In this document: positions 51,375 through 63,262 of the stretch, in pieces | Position numbering within the stretch: position 1 is the first letter of the stretch | Layout of the letters: each line of letters starts with the position of its first letter | Assembly: GCA_965209155.1 (NCBI GenBank) | Contig: OZ242383.1 | Span: forward strand, 3,136,001-3,200,000 | DNA from: a bacterium | Lineage (GTDB): Bacteria > SAR324 > NAC60-12 | DNA length: 64,000 nucleotides | Direction: 5' to 3' | Translations under genes and position numbers: made by a program | The notes under the pieces: generated by a model | Told to the model about the DNA's origin: nothing | Database searches by the model: none | What the model saw: only the letters and a program-made list of their open reading frames with translations

Positions 51375-52556
51375 TCAATAAACTTCAAACAAGCCCGCGG
51401 CTCCCATTCCGCCTCCTATGCACATGGTGCAAACGACGTAACGGGCGCCACGACGTTTGCCTTCGATAAGGGCATGGCCCACCATCCGAGCCCCACTCAT
51501 GCCGTAGGGATGCCCAATAGCAATTGAACCCCCATTGACGTTGAGCAATTCACCGGGAAGTCCCAACCTGTCCCGACAATAAAGCACTTGCACGGCAAAG
51601 GCTTCGTTCAGTTCCCATAGATCAATGTCTTCGATGCGCAATCCGTTTCTTTGCAAGAGCTTCGGCACTGCGAAAACGGGACCAATTCCCATTTCATCGG
51701 GTTCGCAACCTGCTACGGCAAGACCCCGGTACGCCCCCAAGGGGTTCAATCCTTTTTGCTCTGCCAGTTTGCTTTCCATCAAGACTGACGCGGAAGCGCC
51801 ATCCGACAACTGACTGGCATTGCCTGCCGTGATCCTGCCACCTTCATAAACCGGTTTCAACGCGAGCAATCCTTCCATGCTGGTTTCCGGGCGGTTGCCT
51901 TCGTCTCTTTCCAAAAGCACTTCCATTTTCAGGCTTTCCTCGCTTTCCTTGTTGAAAACCACTTTCGTCGAAGGAAGAGAGACGATTTCATCATCAAATT
52001 TTCCAGCCAGCTGGGCAGCAGCTGTCCGTTGTTCGCTTTGCAGCGCATATTCGTCCTGGGCTTCCCGTAAGATCTGGTAACGATTCCCCACTACCTCTGC
52101 CGTATCAATCATGGGCATGTAAGCATGTTCGGCAATGTTGAGCACGTTCGGATCCTGGGACCTGTAGGTATTCATGTGGTTGTTCTGGACGAGACTGATC
52201 GATTCGATCCCCCCACCAATGGCGATGGGGACTCCATCATTGATAATTTGTTTGGCGGCAGTCGCAATGGCCATCATTCCGGAGGAGCATTGTCGATCGA
52301 TGCTCATTCCCGAAGTGGTGACCGGTAGTCCTGCTACCAGGGCGCTGGTTCGCGCGATATTGAAACCGGAGGTGCCTTGCTGCATGGCGCAACCCATAAC
52401 GACGTCGTCCACTTCCTGCGCTTCGATTCCCGCCCGTTGGACCGCTTCGCGGATCACATGTCCTCCCATCGTGGGAGCATCGGTGTCATTGAAAGCGCCT
52501 CGATAGGCTTTACCAATTGGTGTTCTTGCCGTTGATACGATCACTGCTTCTCTCAT
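51375..52556 (-). CDS. Acetyl-CoA C-acyltransferase (thiolase)
   Basis: [47 protein letters not shown]. Confidence 0.96.
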   Translation of the reverse strand: MREAVIVSTARTPIGKAYRGAFNDTDAPTMGGHVIREAVQRAGIEAQEVDDVVMGCAMQQGTSGFNIARTSALVAGLPVTTSGMSIDRQCSSGMMAIATAAKQIINDGVPIAIGGGIESISLVQNNHMNTYRSQDPNVLNIAEHAYMPMIDTAEVVGNRYQILREAQDEYALQSEQRTAAAQLAGKFDDEIVSLPSTKVVFNKESEESLKMEVLLERDEGNRPETSMEGLLALKPVYEGGRITAGNASQLSDGASASVLMESKLAEQKGLNPLGAYRGLAVAGCEPDEMGIGPVFAVPKLLQRNGLRIEDIDLWELNEAFAVQVLYCRDRLGLPGELLNVNGGSIAIGHPYGMSGARMVGHALIEGKRRGARYVVCTMCIGGGMGAAGLFEVY

Positions 52557-53000
52557 TTTTTTCCTTTGATTTTATAAGACGTTGTATTAGATTTGATTCT
52601 CAAAAACCTGCGTCTGTCCGAAAATATCGACCTTATGCATCGTTATTTACAAAAGCGACGAAATGTTGTTTTTTTGAATTCAGTAATGTGATCAATTTAA
52701 TGCACATCCTCAATTGATCAAGTTTTTTGTTGAGGTTCGACTTTTCCACCGCATTCCCAGTGAAAATAATTTCTCTGGTTATGCGGTACTTCAAGCAGTA
52801 CGGTGGCCAAACCGGAGAATCCTGGTAATTTCATGGAGCAAATCAGATGCCACGTTGCTTGTTGGCGGTATTGTTTTGCGTACTGGAATTGTCTCTGGAA
52901 TGAAAAAGAAACTGTGAAAGCCTTGTGATTTTGCGCAATATCCATCAAAACTAATCGACATTAGAATCATTCGGCTGAAGCAAACTACCTCCAGGATAAA

Positions 53001-53540
53001 ATGACTTCCCCATCAAATGCGCTGATACTTCCTTTTCAAGGCACCAGACCTCGCATAGCAAGCGATGTTTTTATTGCGGAGAATGCCGTTATAATCGGAA
53101 ACGTGGAAATTGGCTCCCAATCGGGAATCTGGTTCGGTTGCGTCCTGCGAGGAGACGTCAATCAAATACGCATTGGGGAGCGTACCAACATCCAGGATGG
53201 TACGATTATCCATGTTTCCAGCGTCGATCAGGGGACTTACCTGGGAGACGACGTTACCGTGGGGCACATGGTATTATTGCATTCCTGTACGATTGAAGAC
53301 CGCGCCTTCATTGGAATGAAATCCTGTCTGCTGGACAATGTTTACGTGGAGCAAGGCGGCATGGTCGCTGCCGGGTCCCTAGTGACTCCTGGCAAACGAG
53401 TGCGAAGCGGTGAGCTGTGGATGGGGAGTCCTGCGCGATGCCAACGAATGCTCACGGAGGAAGAAAAAATCGGCTTTGCTGAAACGGCGCCCCATTACGT
53501 CGAGTTGGCGCGACAACATTTGTCGTCGTACAAATCGTGA
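53001..53540 (+). CDS. Gamma-carbonic anhydrase family (YrdA/PaaY-like) protein
   Basis: LRGDVN, TNIQDG..IH, VTVGH..LH hexapeptide repeats. Confidence 0.93.
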   Translation: MTSPSNALILPFQGTRPRIASDVFIAENAVIIGNVEIGSQSGIWFGCVLRGDVNQIRIGERTNIQDGTIIHVSSVDQGTYLGDDVTVGHMVLLHSCTIEDRAFIGMKSCLLDNVYVEQGGMVAAGSLVTPGKRVRSGELWMGSPARCQRMLTEEEKIGFAETAPHYVELARQHLSSYKS

Positions 53541-53560
53541 AGTTTGATTCTGCTCAAACC

Positions 53561-53589
53561 ATCGCGGCCGGTGGCCTCGGTTTTTTTTT
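53561..53589 (+). terminator. Intrinsic terminator
   Basis: ATCGCGGCC-GGT-GGCCTCGGT hairpin followed by a long T run, between convergent genes. Confidence 0.6.
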
Positions 53590-53617
53590 CAGGAACGAAT
53601 TATTGTTGAGAATTCCT

Positions 53618-55414
53618 TTACAAATCCAAATCCGTCACCGCGCCGAGAGAGGCGTTGCTGACGGTTTTGGCATATTTTGCCAGTATGCCTTTGGAGAATC
53701 GGGGTCGGGGTCGTTTCCAGGCATTCAATCGTCTTTCTAATTCAGTTGCCGGAATATCAAGATTCAATTTGCGTTTTTTGGCGTCGATGGTGATTTGATC
53801 TCCATCCTCGATGATGGCAATGGGGCCCCCTTCGATTGCTTCCGGAGTGATGTGACCCAACACGAATCCATGGCTTCCCCCGGAAAAACGGCCATCGGTG
53901 ATCAAAGCCACGTCGTTACCAAGCCCCCTACCCATCACTGCCGATGTAGGCGCCAGCATCTCACGCATGCCTGGTCCTCCTTTTGGCCCCTCATAGCGGA
54001 TGACAATCACGTCACCTTTTTGCACGGTGCCATCCAGTATACGTTGCATCGCATTTTCCTCCGAATCAAAACAACGGGCTTTGCCCACAAACCGTTCACC
54101 TTCTTTTCCTGAAATTTTTCCCACTGCGCCTCCAGCGGCCAGGTTGCCGTTGAATATCACCAGGTGGCTCTCTTTTTTGATGGGGTTTTTAATCGAATAG
54201 ATCACTTTCTGCCCCTTGGGATAAGCCTTCACCCCTTCCAGGTTTTGAGACAAGGTTTGGCCCGTGACGGTCATACAGTCTTTATGGAGAAGTCCGGCAT
54301 CGAGCAGCGTTTTCAGTAAAGGTTGCAAACCACCGATTTTGATCAAATCGTTCATTACGTATTTTCCACTGGGTTTCAAATCGGCCAACACCGGAACCCG
54401 ACGTCCAATCCTGGTAAAGTCGGTGATTTTCAGGGAGACACCCATGGCATGCGCCATGGCCAGCAGATGCAGCACGGCATTGGTCGAACCTCCCAAGGCT
54501 ATGACCACCGTGATGGCATTTTCAAATGCTTTTTTGGTCATGATATCCACCGGACGGATTCCCTGTTTGATGAGATTCATCACGGCAGCTCCGGCTTTAC
54601 GACATTCCCGGGCTTTGGCGTGGGAAATGGCAGAAGCGGCGGAACTGTCGGGCAGGCTCATCCCCATCGCTTCGATGGCAGACGCCATGGTATTGGCCGT
54701 ATACATCCCACTACATGAACCGGGACCCGGAATGGCGCTCGATTCAACGGCGCTCAGTTCTTTTTGATTGATCTGGTTGCTGGCATATTGACCGACTGCT
54801 TCAAAAATGGAGATAATGTCCACATCCTGGTCCCGGTATCGTCCCGGCATGATAGTGCCCCCGTAGACGAATACCGAAGGCCGGTTCAGCCTTGCCAGAG
54901 CCATCAGGCATCCGGGCATATTTTTGTCACATCCTCCAATCGCGATCACCCCGTCGTAACCCTGGCATCCCACCACCGTTTCGATGGAATCGGCAATCAC
55001 TTCCCGGGAAACCAGGGAATATTTCATCCCTTCGGTTCCCATGGAGATGCCATCGGAAATGGTGATCGTATTGAATTGATTCGACTTACCACCCGCCCGG
55101 TCTACCCCTTTTGCGGCAAAATCGGCCAACTCGTTGATATGCATGTTGCAAGGTGTGACCCGTCCCCAAGTGGAGGCGATGCCGACCTGGGATTTTTTAA
55201 AATCGGACTTTTTGAATCCCATCGCATACAACATTCCCCGGCTCGCTGCCCGCTCGTATCCATCGAGGACGATGGCGGAATGCGCCCGTTCCGGAGAGGT
55301 GGGTGGGAGCGGATTTTTCTTTGCAGGATTTTTTTGAGACGAGGGCATTTTGGAGGACTGGTTTTTTGCAGTGGATTTTTTTGTATTGGGGGGAGATGTT
55401 TTTGTTTTCGGCAT
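53618..55414 (-). CDS. ilvD: Dihydroxy-acid dehydratase
   Basis: [64 protein letters not shown] 55414 has an AAGGA RBS. Confidence 0.97.
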   Translation of the reverse strand: MPKTKTSPPNTKKSTAKNQSSKMPSSQKNPAKKNPLPPTSPERAHSAIVLDGYERAASRGMLYAMGFKKSDFKKSQVGIASTWGRVTPCNMHINELADFAAKGVDRAGGKSNQFNTITISDGISMGTEGMKYSLVSREVIADSIETVVGCQGYDGVIAIGGCDKNMPGCLMALARLNRPSVFVYGGTIMPGRYRDQDVDIISIFEAVGQYASNQINQKELSAVESSAIPGPGSCSGMYTANTMASAIEAMGMSLPDSSAASAISHAKARECRKAGAAVMNLIKQGIRPVDIMTKKAFENAITVVIALGGSTNAVLHLLAMAHAMGVSLKITDFTRIGRRVPVLADLKPSGKYVMNDLIKIGGLQPLLKTLLDAGLLHKDCMTVTGQTLSQNLEGVKAYPKGQKVIYSIKNPIKKESHLVIFNGNLAAGGAVGKISGKEGERFVGKARCFDSEENAMQRILDGTVQKGDVIVIRYEGPKGGPGMREMLAPTSAVMGRGLGNDVALITDGRFSGGSHGFVLGHITPEAIEGGPIAIIEDGDQITIDAKKRKLNLDIPATELERRLNAWKRPRPRFSKGILAKYAKTVSNASLGAVTDLDL

Positions 55415-55476
55415 ATGATTTTCCTTATTTGTCCTCATACGAGGATACGATAATGCTCAATATTTCCTTCATCATT

Positions 55477-56706
55477 TCAGGCCAGGGCTGTTTGCGCTTC
55501 TCGCAAACGTGCGGTCAGGTCAATCCCTTGCGGGCAAGCCGCAGTGGCTTGCGCCAGGTTCACTTGGTCGAATTGTCGGGCTTCTGCAGGAATACCCCGG
55601 AACAATTCGCGCGCCAGTTCTTTTTTTCCATAGCATTCATGATACATGAGAAAACGCAGCGAATCGGCAATGGCCACCTGGTTTCCCACAGACGCTTCAC
55701 AGAATTGTGAGCAACCGTTACAGGCGTATCCTGCCGTCCGCGCAGCCAATTGATTCAGTTGGTGCCATTCGTTGGCGGAAAGCAATTTTTCTGTTTTGGC
55801 GGCTGCAATGTTTTCCCGTAAAACGCGGATGCTGTCCATTTCCGAGACAATCGAATCGATACGTTCGTCTGCCCAAACAGATTTGAGTTTTGCCTGACCC
55901 AACGTGAAATCCCGGGAGCGAAACTGCACTACGGATTCAAGATTACGCGGAACCGAACCATTGGTTTTCATGGCAATCAAACCAATACCGGCTTTTTTGC
56001 AAGCATCCATGGCTCGATTCAATTCCAAATCACCGTAACGTCGAAAATTATAACGGAATAAAATGGCATCGATGCCTCCTACTCGAGCGGCCTTGGTTAA
56101 AAGTTCCACTACATTGCCATCGTGACAGGAAAAACCAAAAAATCGGGTTTTTCCGGACTGGCGCAATTTGTCCCCAAGGTGGAGGTAATCCCGGTCCAAC
56201 ATCGCTTCATCTCGAATGCCATGCATAAAGTAGAGATCCAGGTAATCGGTTTGCAATTCTTGCAGGCATTCGTCAATCCCGGAGGACAGACCTTGAATTG
56301 CGCGACTACTCGATTTGGACGTGATCCACACTCGCTTGCGATCCCCGACCTGACTGACAAAATTCGCAATAGCCCGGTGAGAAGCCCCCCAACCGTAGGA
56401 CAATGCGGTATCAAAGGCCGTCACGCCTCCCTTGAAACAACGATGCAGGATCTTGTCATAAACCGGATCCAAGCGTTGGGAAGTTCCCAAAATCAAAATA
56501 GGTATTTTAACTCCCGTAGCGCCCAATTCATGATGCGGCATGGACGCTTCGGAAAAAGGATCGTTCTGCCGGTTCCGTGAACCACGGGATTGGGCATTTG
56601 CCAGTCTTGCAACACCTAGAGTTGTTACGGAAAACGCAGCCGTTTTGATTAATTTTCGTCGTCCGATCTTGTTTTCACTCACGATATTCTCCTCATGCTG
56701 GTTCAT
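55477..56706 (-). CDS. Aldo/keto reductase with Tat-like signal and C-terminal Fe-S motif
   Basis: GRRKLIK signal, [41 protein letters not shown]. Confidence 0.88.
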   Translation of the reverse strand: MNQHEENIVSENKIGRRKLIKTAAFSVTTLGVARLANAQSRGSRNRQNDPFSEASMPHHELGATGVKIPILILGTSQRLDPVYDKILHRCFKGGVTAFDTALSYGWGASHRAIANFVSQVGDRKRVWITSKSSSRAIQGLSSGIDECLQELQTDYLDLYFMHGIRDEAMLDRDYLHLGDKLRQSGKTRFFGFSCHDGNVVELLTKAARVGGIDAILFRYNFRRYGDLELNRAMDACKKAGIGLIAMKTNGSVPRNLESVVQFRSRDFTLGQAKLKSVWADERIDSIVSEMDSIRVLRENIAAAKTEKLLSANEWHQLNQLAARTAGYACNGCSQFCEASVGNQVAIADSLRFLMYHECYGKKELARELFRGIPAEARQFDQVNLAQATAACPQGIDLTARLREAQTALA

Positions 56707-58324
56707 TGCTGCGAAACTTGAGCAATAGTTTGCGGTTTTGAGACCGGCTTTCTCCTACAGCAGTCACGTAGACTGCGGGCTGATCCAGTACAGGACATTC
56801 ACTATGACAAATACCACAACCAATGCAAAGATCCGGAACGATGAAGGGTTTGTTCAAGACGACCTTGTTGCCATAAACATCTTTGACTTCCTCATCGATT
56901 GTCTGAATCGCTTTGGGGGAGACCGGACAAACTTCTTCACAAACCACGCAGGGAATCTGGTTGGCCCAAGGCAGACATCGCGAGGTGTTGATGAAGGCAG
57001 TTCCCAGGATCACCGGACCTTGTTCTGCAAATTCTCCCTCTCCCAGCTTTTCGGCGACGGAAATTTTACGAATGGCGCCCGTGGGACATACTTTTGAACA
57101 TAGGTTGCATTTCAACTGACAGTGCTTGATATTGAAGTTCATCACAGGAGTCCACAAACCTTCAAATCCACCTTCCTTGAGCGTGGCTGGTTGTAAAACA
57201 TTGGTGGGACAGACATTGATGCACTGGTCGCATTTGATGCATTTTTCCAGAAACTCCGCTTCCGCTACCGATCCTGGAGGACGGATCATGTGCGGAGAAA
57301 AATTTTCGTCATTGACTTTGCCGTTGTTACGCAACAGCGGGAATGCAACGGCTCCCGCTACTCCCGCAAAAAGAAGGCGTCGTCTCGACATATCAGGTTG
57401 TGGCACCACCTGCTTTTTATCGAGACCAAACATGGTGAATTGTAACGCATCCTCCGGACAGTCATCCAAACAGTTCATACAGGAAAAACATTCACTGACT
57501 CGCAACTGTCCTTGAGGGTCCGAAGCGCCTTCACAACGAGTGAGACACAAATTGCAATCGGTACACTTGTCTACGATGCGATTGATACGGAAAAGCGAGT
57601 AACGGGAAAGAACTCCCAGGAAGGCACCCAGAGGACAAAGGAAACGACAGAAAAAACGAGGAATCCAAAGATTGAGCAAGGCGAATGAGAGAAAAAACAA
57701 ACCTGCCCAAAAAGAACCGACAAAAATACGACTGGTCACTCCTGGGGCGAATTTCAGTGAATCCAACCATTGGGCGTCGAATCCGGTGCGACTGGAAACC
57801 GTGTCCAGCAACATATCGGATGCCGGAGCGACAAATATGGTAAAACCCCGGTACATGAGGACAATCGGATCCAGCAACCCTATCTGCAGGGCTCCTAACG
57901 ATGCCATGATCAAGAAGACGATCAAAATCCCATACTTAAGATACTGCAGGTCCCGGTAGCGGTTTTGCTCGATTCGTTTCACCGCATTATTGGTATTGAA
58001 AAGCCATCCGATGAATTGATGCAGCGTGCCGTAGGGACAGATCCAATTGCAAAATATGCGTCCAAATAGAAATGTGAGCAGGATGATGACGATTGCCCAT
58101 CCCAAATAACGATAAACATACCCCGTGGACAACGCAGTGGATACGGCAACCAGTGGGTCTAACTCCAAAAGGCGGGAAACCGGGTAACCGCCGAGACGTG
58201 AAGTCCAGGTAGCCCAGATGGAAAAAAGGAACAAACCGAAAAAAATAATTTGCGAGACAATTCGGATATTCGTCAAACGCAACAGTCGTTTGGATTTTTC
58301 TTTGGCGGGTAACGTCTTTTTCAT
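56693..58324 (-). CDS. Membrane polyferredoxin (NapH-like membrane domain fused to MauM/NapG-like 4Fe-4S domain)
   Basis: [18 protein letters not shown], several CxxCxxCxxxCP motifs, internal [14 protein letters not shown]; start ATG 58324 overlaps the upstream stop. Confidence 0.9.
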   Translation of the reverse strand: MKKTLPAKEKSKRLLRLTNIRIVSQIIFFGLFLFSIWATWTSRLGGYPVSRLLELDPLVAVSTALSTGYVYRYLGWAIVIILLTFLFGRIFCNWICPYGTLHQFIGWLFNTNNAVKRIEQNRYRDLQYLKYGILIVFLIMASLGALQIGLLDPIVLMYRGFTIFVAPASDMLLDTVSSRTGFDAQWLDSLKFAPGVTSRIFVGSFWAGLFFLSFALLNLWIPRFFCRFLCPLGAFLGVLSRYSLFRINRIVDKCTDCNLCLTRCEGASDPQGQLRVSECFSCMNCLDDCPEDALQFTMFGLDKKQVVPQPDMSRRRLLFAGVAGAVAFPLLRNNGKVNDENFSPHMIRPPGSVAEAEFLEKCIKCDQCINVCPTNVLQPATLKEGGFEGLWTPVMNFNIKHCQLKCNLCSKVCPTGAIRKISVAEKLGEGEFAEQGPVILGTAFINTSRCLPWANQIPCVVCEEVCPVSPKAIQTIDEEVKDVYGNKVVLNKPFIVPDLCIGCGICHSECPVLDQPAVYVTAVGESRSQNRKLLLKFRSNEPA

Positions 58325-59355
58325 ACAACCTCTTTGATCCTGCCCCGGTAGTCGATGAATCCGCTTCCTTTCGCTTCTGCTTTGTATAGATACTCTGGCA
58401 ATTCCAGCCGTTCCAGGAGGTGTTCGTTGGCCCATGCATCCATAGCAACCGGGTCCACTCCGGCGACGATGGTGTTTCCGTTTTTCACGTCAGAGGGATC
58501 TCCTCCCGTGGGTCCATTTTTTACCAGGATATGAGTTCCGTCTAAAATTGTCAGGGTCGGTTTGATCATGATGGAAAGATCCGAGACAATTTCGTGGATA
58601 TCCTGGTGAAATTGGTTACGACGCCCTCCCAGCAAGCCGTACCAGTTTTTAATTCCCAGGGAAGCATGGCAAAGGTTATGGTCTTTGACCGGCGCCACGC
58701 CAATCACTTTATTCACGTTTTTGAAAGGCCGTTTGAAGAAATCCCAATACTCGATCAAGACGGCTTCCGGGGTGTTCAAGACGGCGAACGAATTGCTGTC
58801 CGGCAAGCAGATTCGCCCCCCGGCTTTTTCGGATGCCATGCGAATTCCACTCTTTGCGAAACAGTCTGCAGGGGATTCTATCGGATTGTCCGCTACCCGC
58901 ACTTCCTCTGCACGACAGTCCACCAGCAGTAACCGGATCAGTTCCTCAATGATTTCAGGATTGGTGGTAGCTCCTAAATTGGGAGATCGATCAAAAGCCA
59001 CATTGGGTTTGAGCAAAACGATATCCCCCGGCTTTATATAATGGGTGATGCCGCCAATGGCGTCCAGCGCTTTGCGTAGCATGGTTCCTGTGGAACCCGA
59101 CCGTCCCAAGCCAATATCAGACTTTCCCGATTCTTTGGGAACGCGAAAATCCGGTAAATGAAAAGGCACCGGTTGAGGCAGGCTCCGCAATCCATCTTCA
59201 TCTTTCAGTGAAAAGGGGAAATCACCGGGAGCCAAAGCCAGGTAGGAGACCACTGCGCTTGCAGTGGCAATACCGGCACCCCGCGTGATCAATTCGCGCC
59301 GGGTCATGGTATTTTTTTTATAGTCGCCGTGTGGATATTTTTTGTCAGTCATCAT
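58321..59355 (-). CDS. DUF362 family Fe-S protein with Tat-like signal
   Basis: [46 protein letters not shown]. Confidence 0.88.
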   Translation of the reverse strand: MMTDKKYPHGDYKKNTMTRRELITRGAGIATASAVVSYLALAPGDFPFSLKDEDGLRSLPQPVPFHLPDFRVPKESGKSDIGLGRSGSTGTMLRKALDAIGGITHYIKPGDIVLLKPNVAFDRSPNLGATTNPEIIEELIRLLLVDCRAEEVRVADNPIESPADCFAKSGIRMASEKAGGRICLPDSNSFAVLNTPEAVLIEYWDFFKRPFKNVNKVIGVAPVKDHNLCHASLGIKNWYGLLGGRRNQFHQDIHEIVSDLSIMIKPTLTILDGTHILVKNGPTGGDPSDVKNGNTIVAGVDPVAMDAWANEHLLERLELPEYLYKAEAKGSGFIDYRGRIKEVV

Positions 59356-60433
59356 CCAACTCCCGGCCCAAACGTTCCATTAAAGGATCGATCTCGCGCA
59401 GGTCTTCGATATTCTCAACACCGAAAATGAATGCTCCCTGGTGTTGAATTGTAAAGTAATTATTCAAAAAATCGTGGAACATCACCACCAGCATCCCATC
59501 ATCTCTTACCACGTTGTAATCGTAGCTTTGCTCAACCAGGATTTCTTCGAACAGGAACCCGGCTTCTTCCCGGGATGAAGCCTGGTGTAAAAATATACGA
59601 GCCCTGTTGCTCCCTTGCAATCGCGCAAACCAGAAATCCTCTACAAAATCGTATTGGAAAACGTTCTGTTTCTGAAATGAGATTCGCATGGGCGAAATTT
59701 CCATTTTTTCACTCAGAATCTGATATGCCCGGGGAATTTCCCCCGTATCTTGTGGAAGTTGAGAAAAGGACTCCAGCAATTGGAGAGATTTTGCCTGAAT
59801 GTTTTCGGTTGACTGGTCACCGGCAATTCTGAAAAAGAAACGCCCTTTTCGTCCAATGGCTCCGGCAGAGGTCATGAAGTAAGTTACCGGGCCTTTTTGT
59901 TCAATGACTTTCTCTTCTGAAAGATGATCGGCAAAAATGCCCAGACTGCCTCCTAAATCACCCTGGTCATACAATTCGATGGCAATTTCGCTTTGGTCAC
60001 GATCCGAACGCAAGACGAGATAACTCAAAGTCTGAAATCCTTGCCGAATGAATTTTTCGGCTTCTCCATTTATTTTTTCGTAGAGATTAGCGGAATGGAA
60101 TTGCTTCAGACGAGACGCGATTCGCCATTCTTCGTCCAGGATGACTCGAGGAAAGATGCCAAGGTTTTGAGTTGAATTTTCGGGCGACGTGCCTGGTTCT
60201 ACCCATGGCTTCAAAGGAGGGGTGTATAATTGGAGTTCATTCGATTTTTTCAGCAGTTGCTCATAGGAGAGGTCCCTTTCCCTGGGATCATAATTTGTTT
60301 TTTGGGTGGCAAACCAGATCACCGTGAGCGACAGCGCGCAGAGTAAAATGATGCCCGAAAAATTTTCCGCAAAGGGAATATGCTTGCGCAGCACCCTTCT
60401 TTTTTTGGAAGTGAAAACACGATCACGGCCCAT
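59345..60433 (-). CDS. Membrane-anchored periplasmic protein (DUF6599-like)
   Basis: One TM segment, NLYEKINGEAE, IELYDQG..LGIF; first gene of an overlapping four-gene operon. Confidence 0.65.
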   Translation of the reverse strand: MGRDRVFTSKKRRVLRKHIPFAENFSGIILLCALSLTVIWFATQKTNYDPRERDLSYEQLLKKSNELQLYTPPLKPWVEPGTSPENSTQNLGIFPRVILDEEWRIASRLKQFHSANLYEKINGEAEKFIRQGFQTLSYLVLRSDRDQSEIAIELYDQGDLGGSLGIFADHLSEEKVIEQKGPVTYFMTSAGAIGRKGRFFFRIAGDQSTENIQAKSLQLLESFSQLPQDTGEIPRAYQILSEKMEISPMRISFQKQNVFQYDFVEDFWFARLQGSNRARIFLHQASSREEAGFLFEEILVEQSYDYNVVRDDGMLVVMFHDFLNNYFTIQHQGAFIFGVENIEDLREIDPLMERLGRELDDD

Positions 60434-60715
60434 TTTTTATCACCCTTTCTTTGATTGAATCGTTTTACGATCAATCACGGTGCATCGTTGGTCCTCGAAT
60501 GTGGGATTTTTCCATGTGCCAGTCAATGGTCCAGAGCAGGCAGACAAAACAATTTACGAAGCTCTTCCAGAATTTTCCGCAATTCCCGGTTTTGCGATTC
60601 ACTGGTTGGATATGTTATCGGGATGGAAGAAAAACGATGGCCTTCCTTCCCGAGGTAACCGGTTTTACGGAGGCAACGAAGCGTCCGATTGCCTGTTGGA
60701 AATCCAGATTGTAAA

Positions 60716-61069
<354 letters not shown>

Positions 61070-61096
61070 TCAACAGGTTCAGCATGGATAATTCAT

Positions 61097-62029
61097 ATGG
61101 ATCAAAGGAAGTTGTCACGAATCATAAGCCGTTATGCTACCTACTTGCAAGTTGAAAAGGGATTTCAATCCGGAACCTGCCACGTTTATCTGAGTAACGT
61201 ACGATACTTCTTCGCTTTTTGTTCTGAGTATCATGAGAAAATATTTCTCTCTGAAAACTGGAATTTTTCTGATATCGGGGTGCGAGAATTGGAATTTTTT
61301 TTTCGTGAACATTTGCAGGTGCGCCACTGGAAAATCAACACGGTTATTTCTTATCTGACCAGCATTCGTTCTTTTTTCCGTTTTTTGCGTGAAAAAGCCT
61401 ACTTGAGGAAGAACCCGATCCGCAATTTCACGATGCAACGGGAAGTGCAGAAGTTGATCATTGCCGATATCACGGAAGCTGAAATTCAGCGGCTATTTCA
61501 AGAACCGCCGGAATCTAGCTTTGAAGGCTTTCGCAATCGTCTGATTCTGGAGTTTTTTTACGGACTCGGTATCACGCCAAGTAAACAAATTCGTATCGAC
61601 CAGGTTCAATTGGACGAAGTGACCCAAAAAGTGCTGATCAAATCGGGTCAACAAAAACGAATTTTGCCAATTGCCCAACCAGCAATGGTGGTTTTGAAGC
61701 AATACCAGACTGCACGCCAATTAATCCTTGATCATACCGGACGGGAAACTTCTGCTTTTTTGATCAATGAATCCGGAAAGAAGCTGACACGCAACAGAAT
61801 GTCAGACGTGATTAAAAAGGAATTGGTCAAAATCGGGATGGTGGGTGAACATGCGCAAGTTTTGCGAAATTTATCTACCAAACATTTTGCCGATCACGGC
61901 GCTGATGTGCGATCGATGCAAATACAAAGGGACATGCAGTCTTTTCACGCATTGGACCAGTTTAAAGATGAATCCTTCGAATCCATACTGTTCCAATTCA
62001 AAAAAATGCACCTGAGGGAAGACTCTTGA
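61097..62029 (+). CDS. XerC/XerD-like tyrosine recombinase fold with degenerate catalytic residues
   Basis: YATYLQVEKG..T..Y, LTSIRSFFRFL..KNP, EIQRLF..RNRLILEFFYGLG, FLINESGKKLT, LR...HFADHGADVRS; start moved to ATG 61097. Confidence 0.85.
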   Translation: MDQRKLSRIISRYATYLQVEKGFQSGTCHVYLSNVRYFFAFCSEYHEKIFLSENWNFSDIGVRELEFFFREHLQVRHWKINTVISYLTSIRSFFRFLREKAYLRKNPIRNFTMQREVQKLIIADITEAEIQRLFQEPPESSFEGFRNRLILEFFYGLGITPSKQIRIDQVQLDEVTQKVLIKSGQQKRILPIAQPAMVVLKQYQTARQLILDHTGRETSAFLINESGKKLTRNRMSDVIKKELVKIGMVGEHAQVLRNLSTKHFADHGADVRSMQIQRDMQSFHALDQFKDESFESILFQFKKMHLREDS

Positions 62030-62062
62030 GGTTTCGAATAAAAACCCGATTATCAGTTGAAA

Positions 62063-62452
62063 TTAAAAGCAATCATTGAGTTCCGGACATAGTTCGAGAA
62101 CCGCATTTTTCATGAATGCTCGTTCGTGGATATCCGTGTCGACAATGGTTCCATTCCATACTGCAATGTCCAAGTCGATGGTACGAGGACCGAATTTATT
62201 TGCGGAGCTCACCCGACCCAGGGAATGTTCCAGGTCCCGCAACCATTGTTTGAGTTGCACAGGGTTGAGGGAGGTTTGAATCAAAAAAGCTCCATTTATA
62301 AAATCTGCTTGTTCCGTGTAACCGATTGGCTTTGTCTTCGCAAATTGAGAGACATTGAGTAACATTTGCGCTTCAGCCAACCGTTGCTGCGCTTGTTCAA
62401 TGTGGTGGTGGGGGTCAATGTTGGAACCCACTGCAATCACGACTCGATTCAT
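62063..62452 (-). CDS. folK: 2-amino-4-hydroxy-6-hydroxymethyldihydropteridine diphosphokinase
   Basis: IAVGSN, DFING, LEHSLGR, GPRTIDLDI, ERAF. Confidence 0.93.
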   Translation of the reverse strand: MNRVVIAVGSNIDPHHHIEQAQQRLAEAQMLLNVSQFAKTKPIGYTEQADFINGAFLIQTSLNPVQLKQWLRDLEHSLGRVSSANKFGPRTIDLDIAVWNGTIVDTDIHERAFMKNAVLELCPELNDCF

Positions 62453-62799
62453 CCCCGTCTCTCCGAAGTGACCACGCTCACGGAATCGGCGAATCTCAAA
62501 GATTGGGGTTTGTCGACTTCCACGCGCGCATAAGCCACTCTAGATTCCGCCATGACAATGCCCAGCACACGACCGGCCAGTTTTTCCAACATTTGAAAAT
62601 TTGATTGTTCCACCTCGGCGATGATTTGTTTACTCAGGGAACGATAGTTGATTGTGTCCGAAATGTTGTCGGATTGGGAGACCTCAGTGCCATCGAATTC
62701 AATTTTTACATTGATCACGACGTCTTGCTTGTTGCTCCTTTCCCAATCGTTCAAACCGATGATTGTTCTTAAACGTAAATTTTTTATATGAATCCACAT
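62449..62799 (-). CDS. Dihydroneopterin aldolase / triphosphate epimerase (FolB/FolX family)
   Basis: IKNLRLRTIIG..WER..QDVVIN, SD..DTINY, LEKLA, VDKP.SLRFADSVSV; features of both FolB and FolX. Confidence 0.88.
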   Translation of the reverse strand: MWIHIKNLRLRTIIGLNDWERSNKQDVVINVKIEFDGTEVSQSDNISDTINYRSLSKQIIAEVEQSNFQMLEKLAGRVLGIVMAESRVAYARVEVDKPQSLRFADSVSVVTSERRG

Positions 62800-62945
62800 T
62801 TTTTTTAGTAAACCGGGTTCTGGATAAGGATATTGCAGCGCTTCCTGAAAAAAATATAAAATTGAGAATGTTCACTCATCATTCCTGAATAGGGTTCAGG
62901 AGAGCCCATATCCATTTGATTTCATTGAACTTATATGGATTTCAA

Positions 62946-62972
62946 TGTCATCCCCGCACAAGCGGGGATCCA
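62946..62972 (+). repeat. REP-like palindrome
   Basis: TGTCATCCCCGC-ACAA-GCGGGGATCCA; a degenerate relative lies near 28448-28473. Confidence 0.6.
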
Positions 62973-63171
62973 AGTGCTGCGCTCTGATTGTACAACACCT
63001 CTAATGCGCCGACAACTACTACCCCCAAAATGTAAAATTAATCAGATTCTCTGATCTTTCATAAACCAAAACCGATTCAGCGATAAGCCTTTTTTGAAAT
63101 TCGCTGGAGGTGATTGCCGCATGACCTCGCCCTTCATGACCCACACCCTTGCTAATCCAGTAATATTTTTT

Positions 63172-63200
63172 TTGACAAAATACGCACAACGTACTATTTT
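63172..63200 (+). promoter_or_regulatory. Candidate sigma-70 promoter
   Basis: TTGACA-N17-TATTTT about 60 bp upstream of ATG 63263. Confidence 0.4.
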
Positions 63201-63262
63201 CAGGTCATGAAAGATTTTGAATGGAACAAAGAGAATAATGAATGGTTATGGGGAAAAACACT

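Noticed and set aside
52517..52948. Short ORFs between thiolase and the gamma-CA gene
   Set aside because: AT-rich divergent promoter region; overlapping ORFs without motifs
60452..60477. Imperfect palindrome TGATTGAATCGT-TTT-ACGATCAATCA upstream of the redox operon
   Set aside because: Single occurrence; cannot distinguish operator, hairpin or chance
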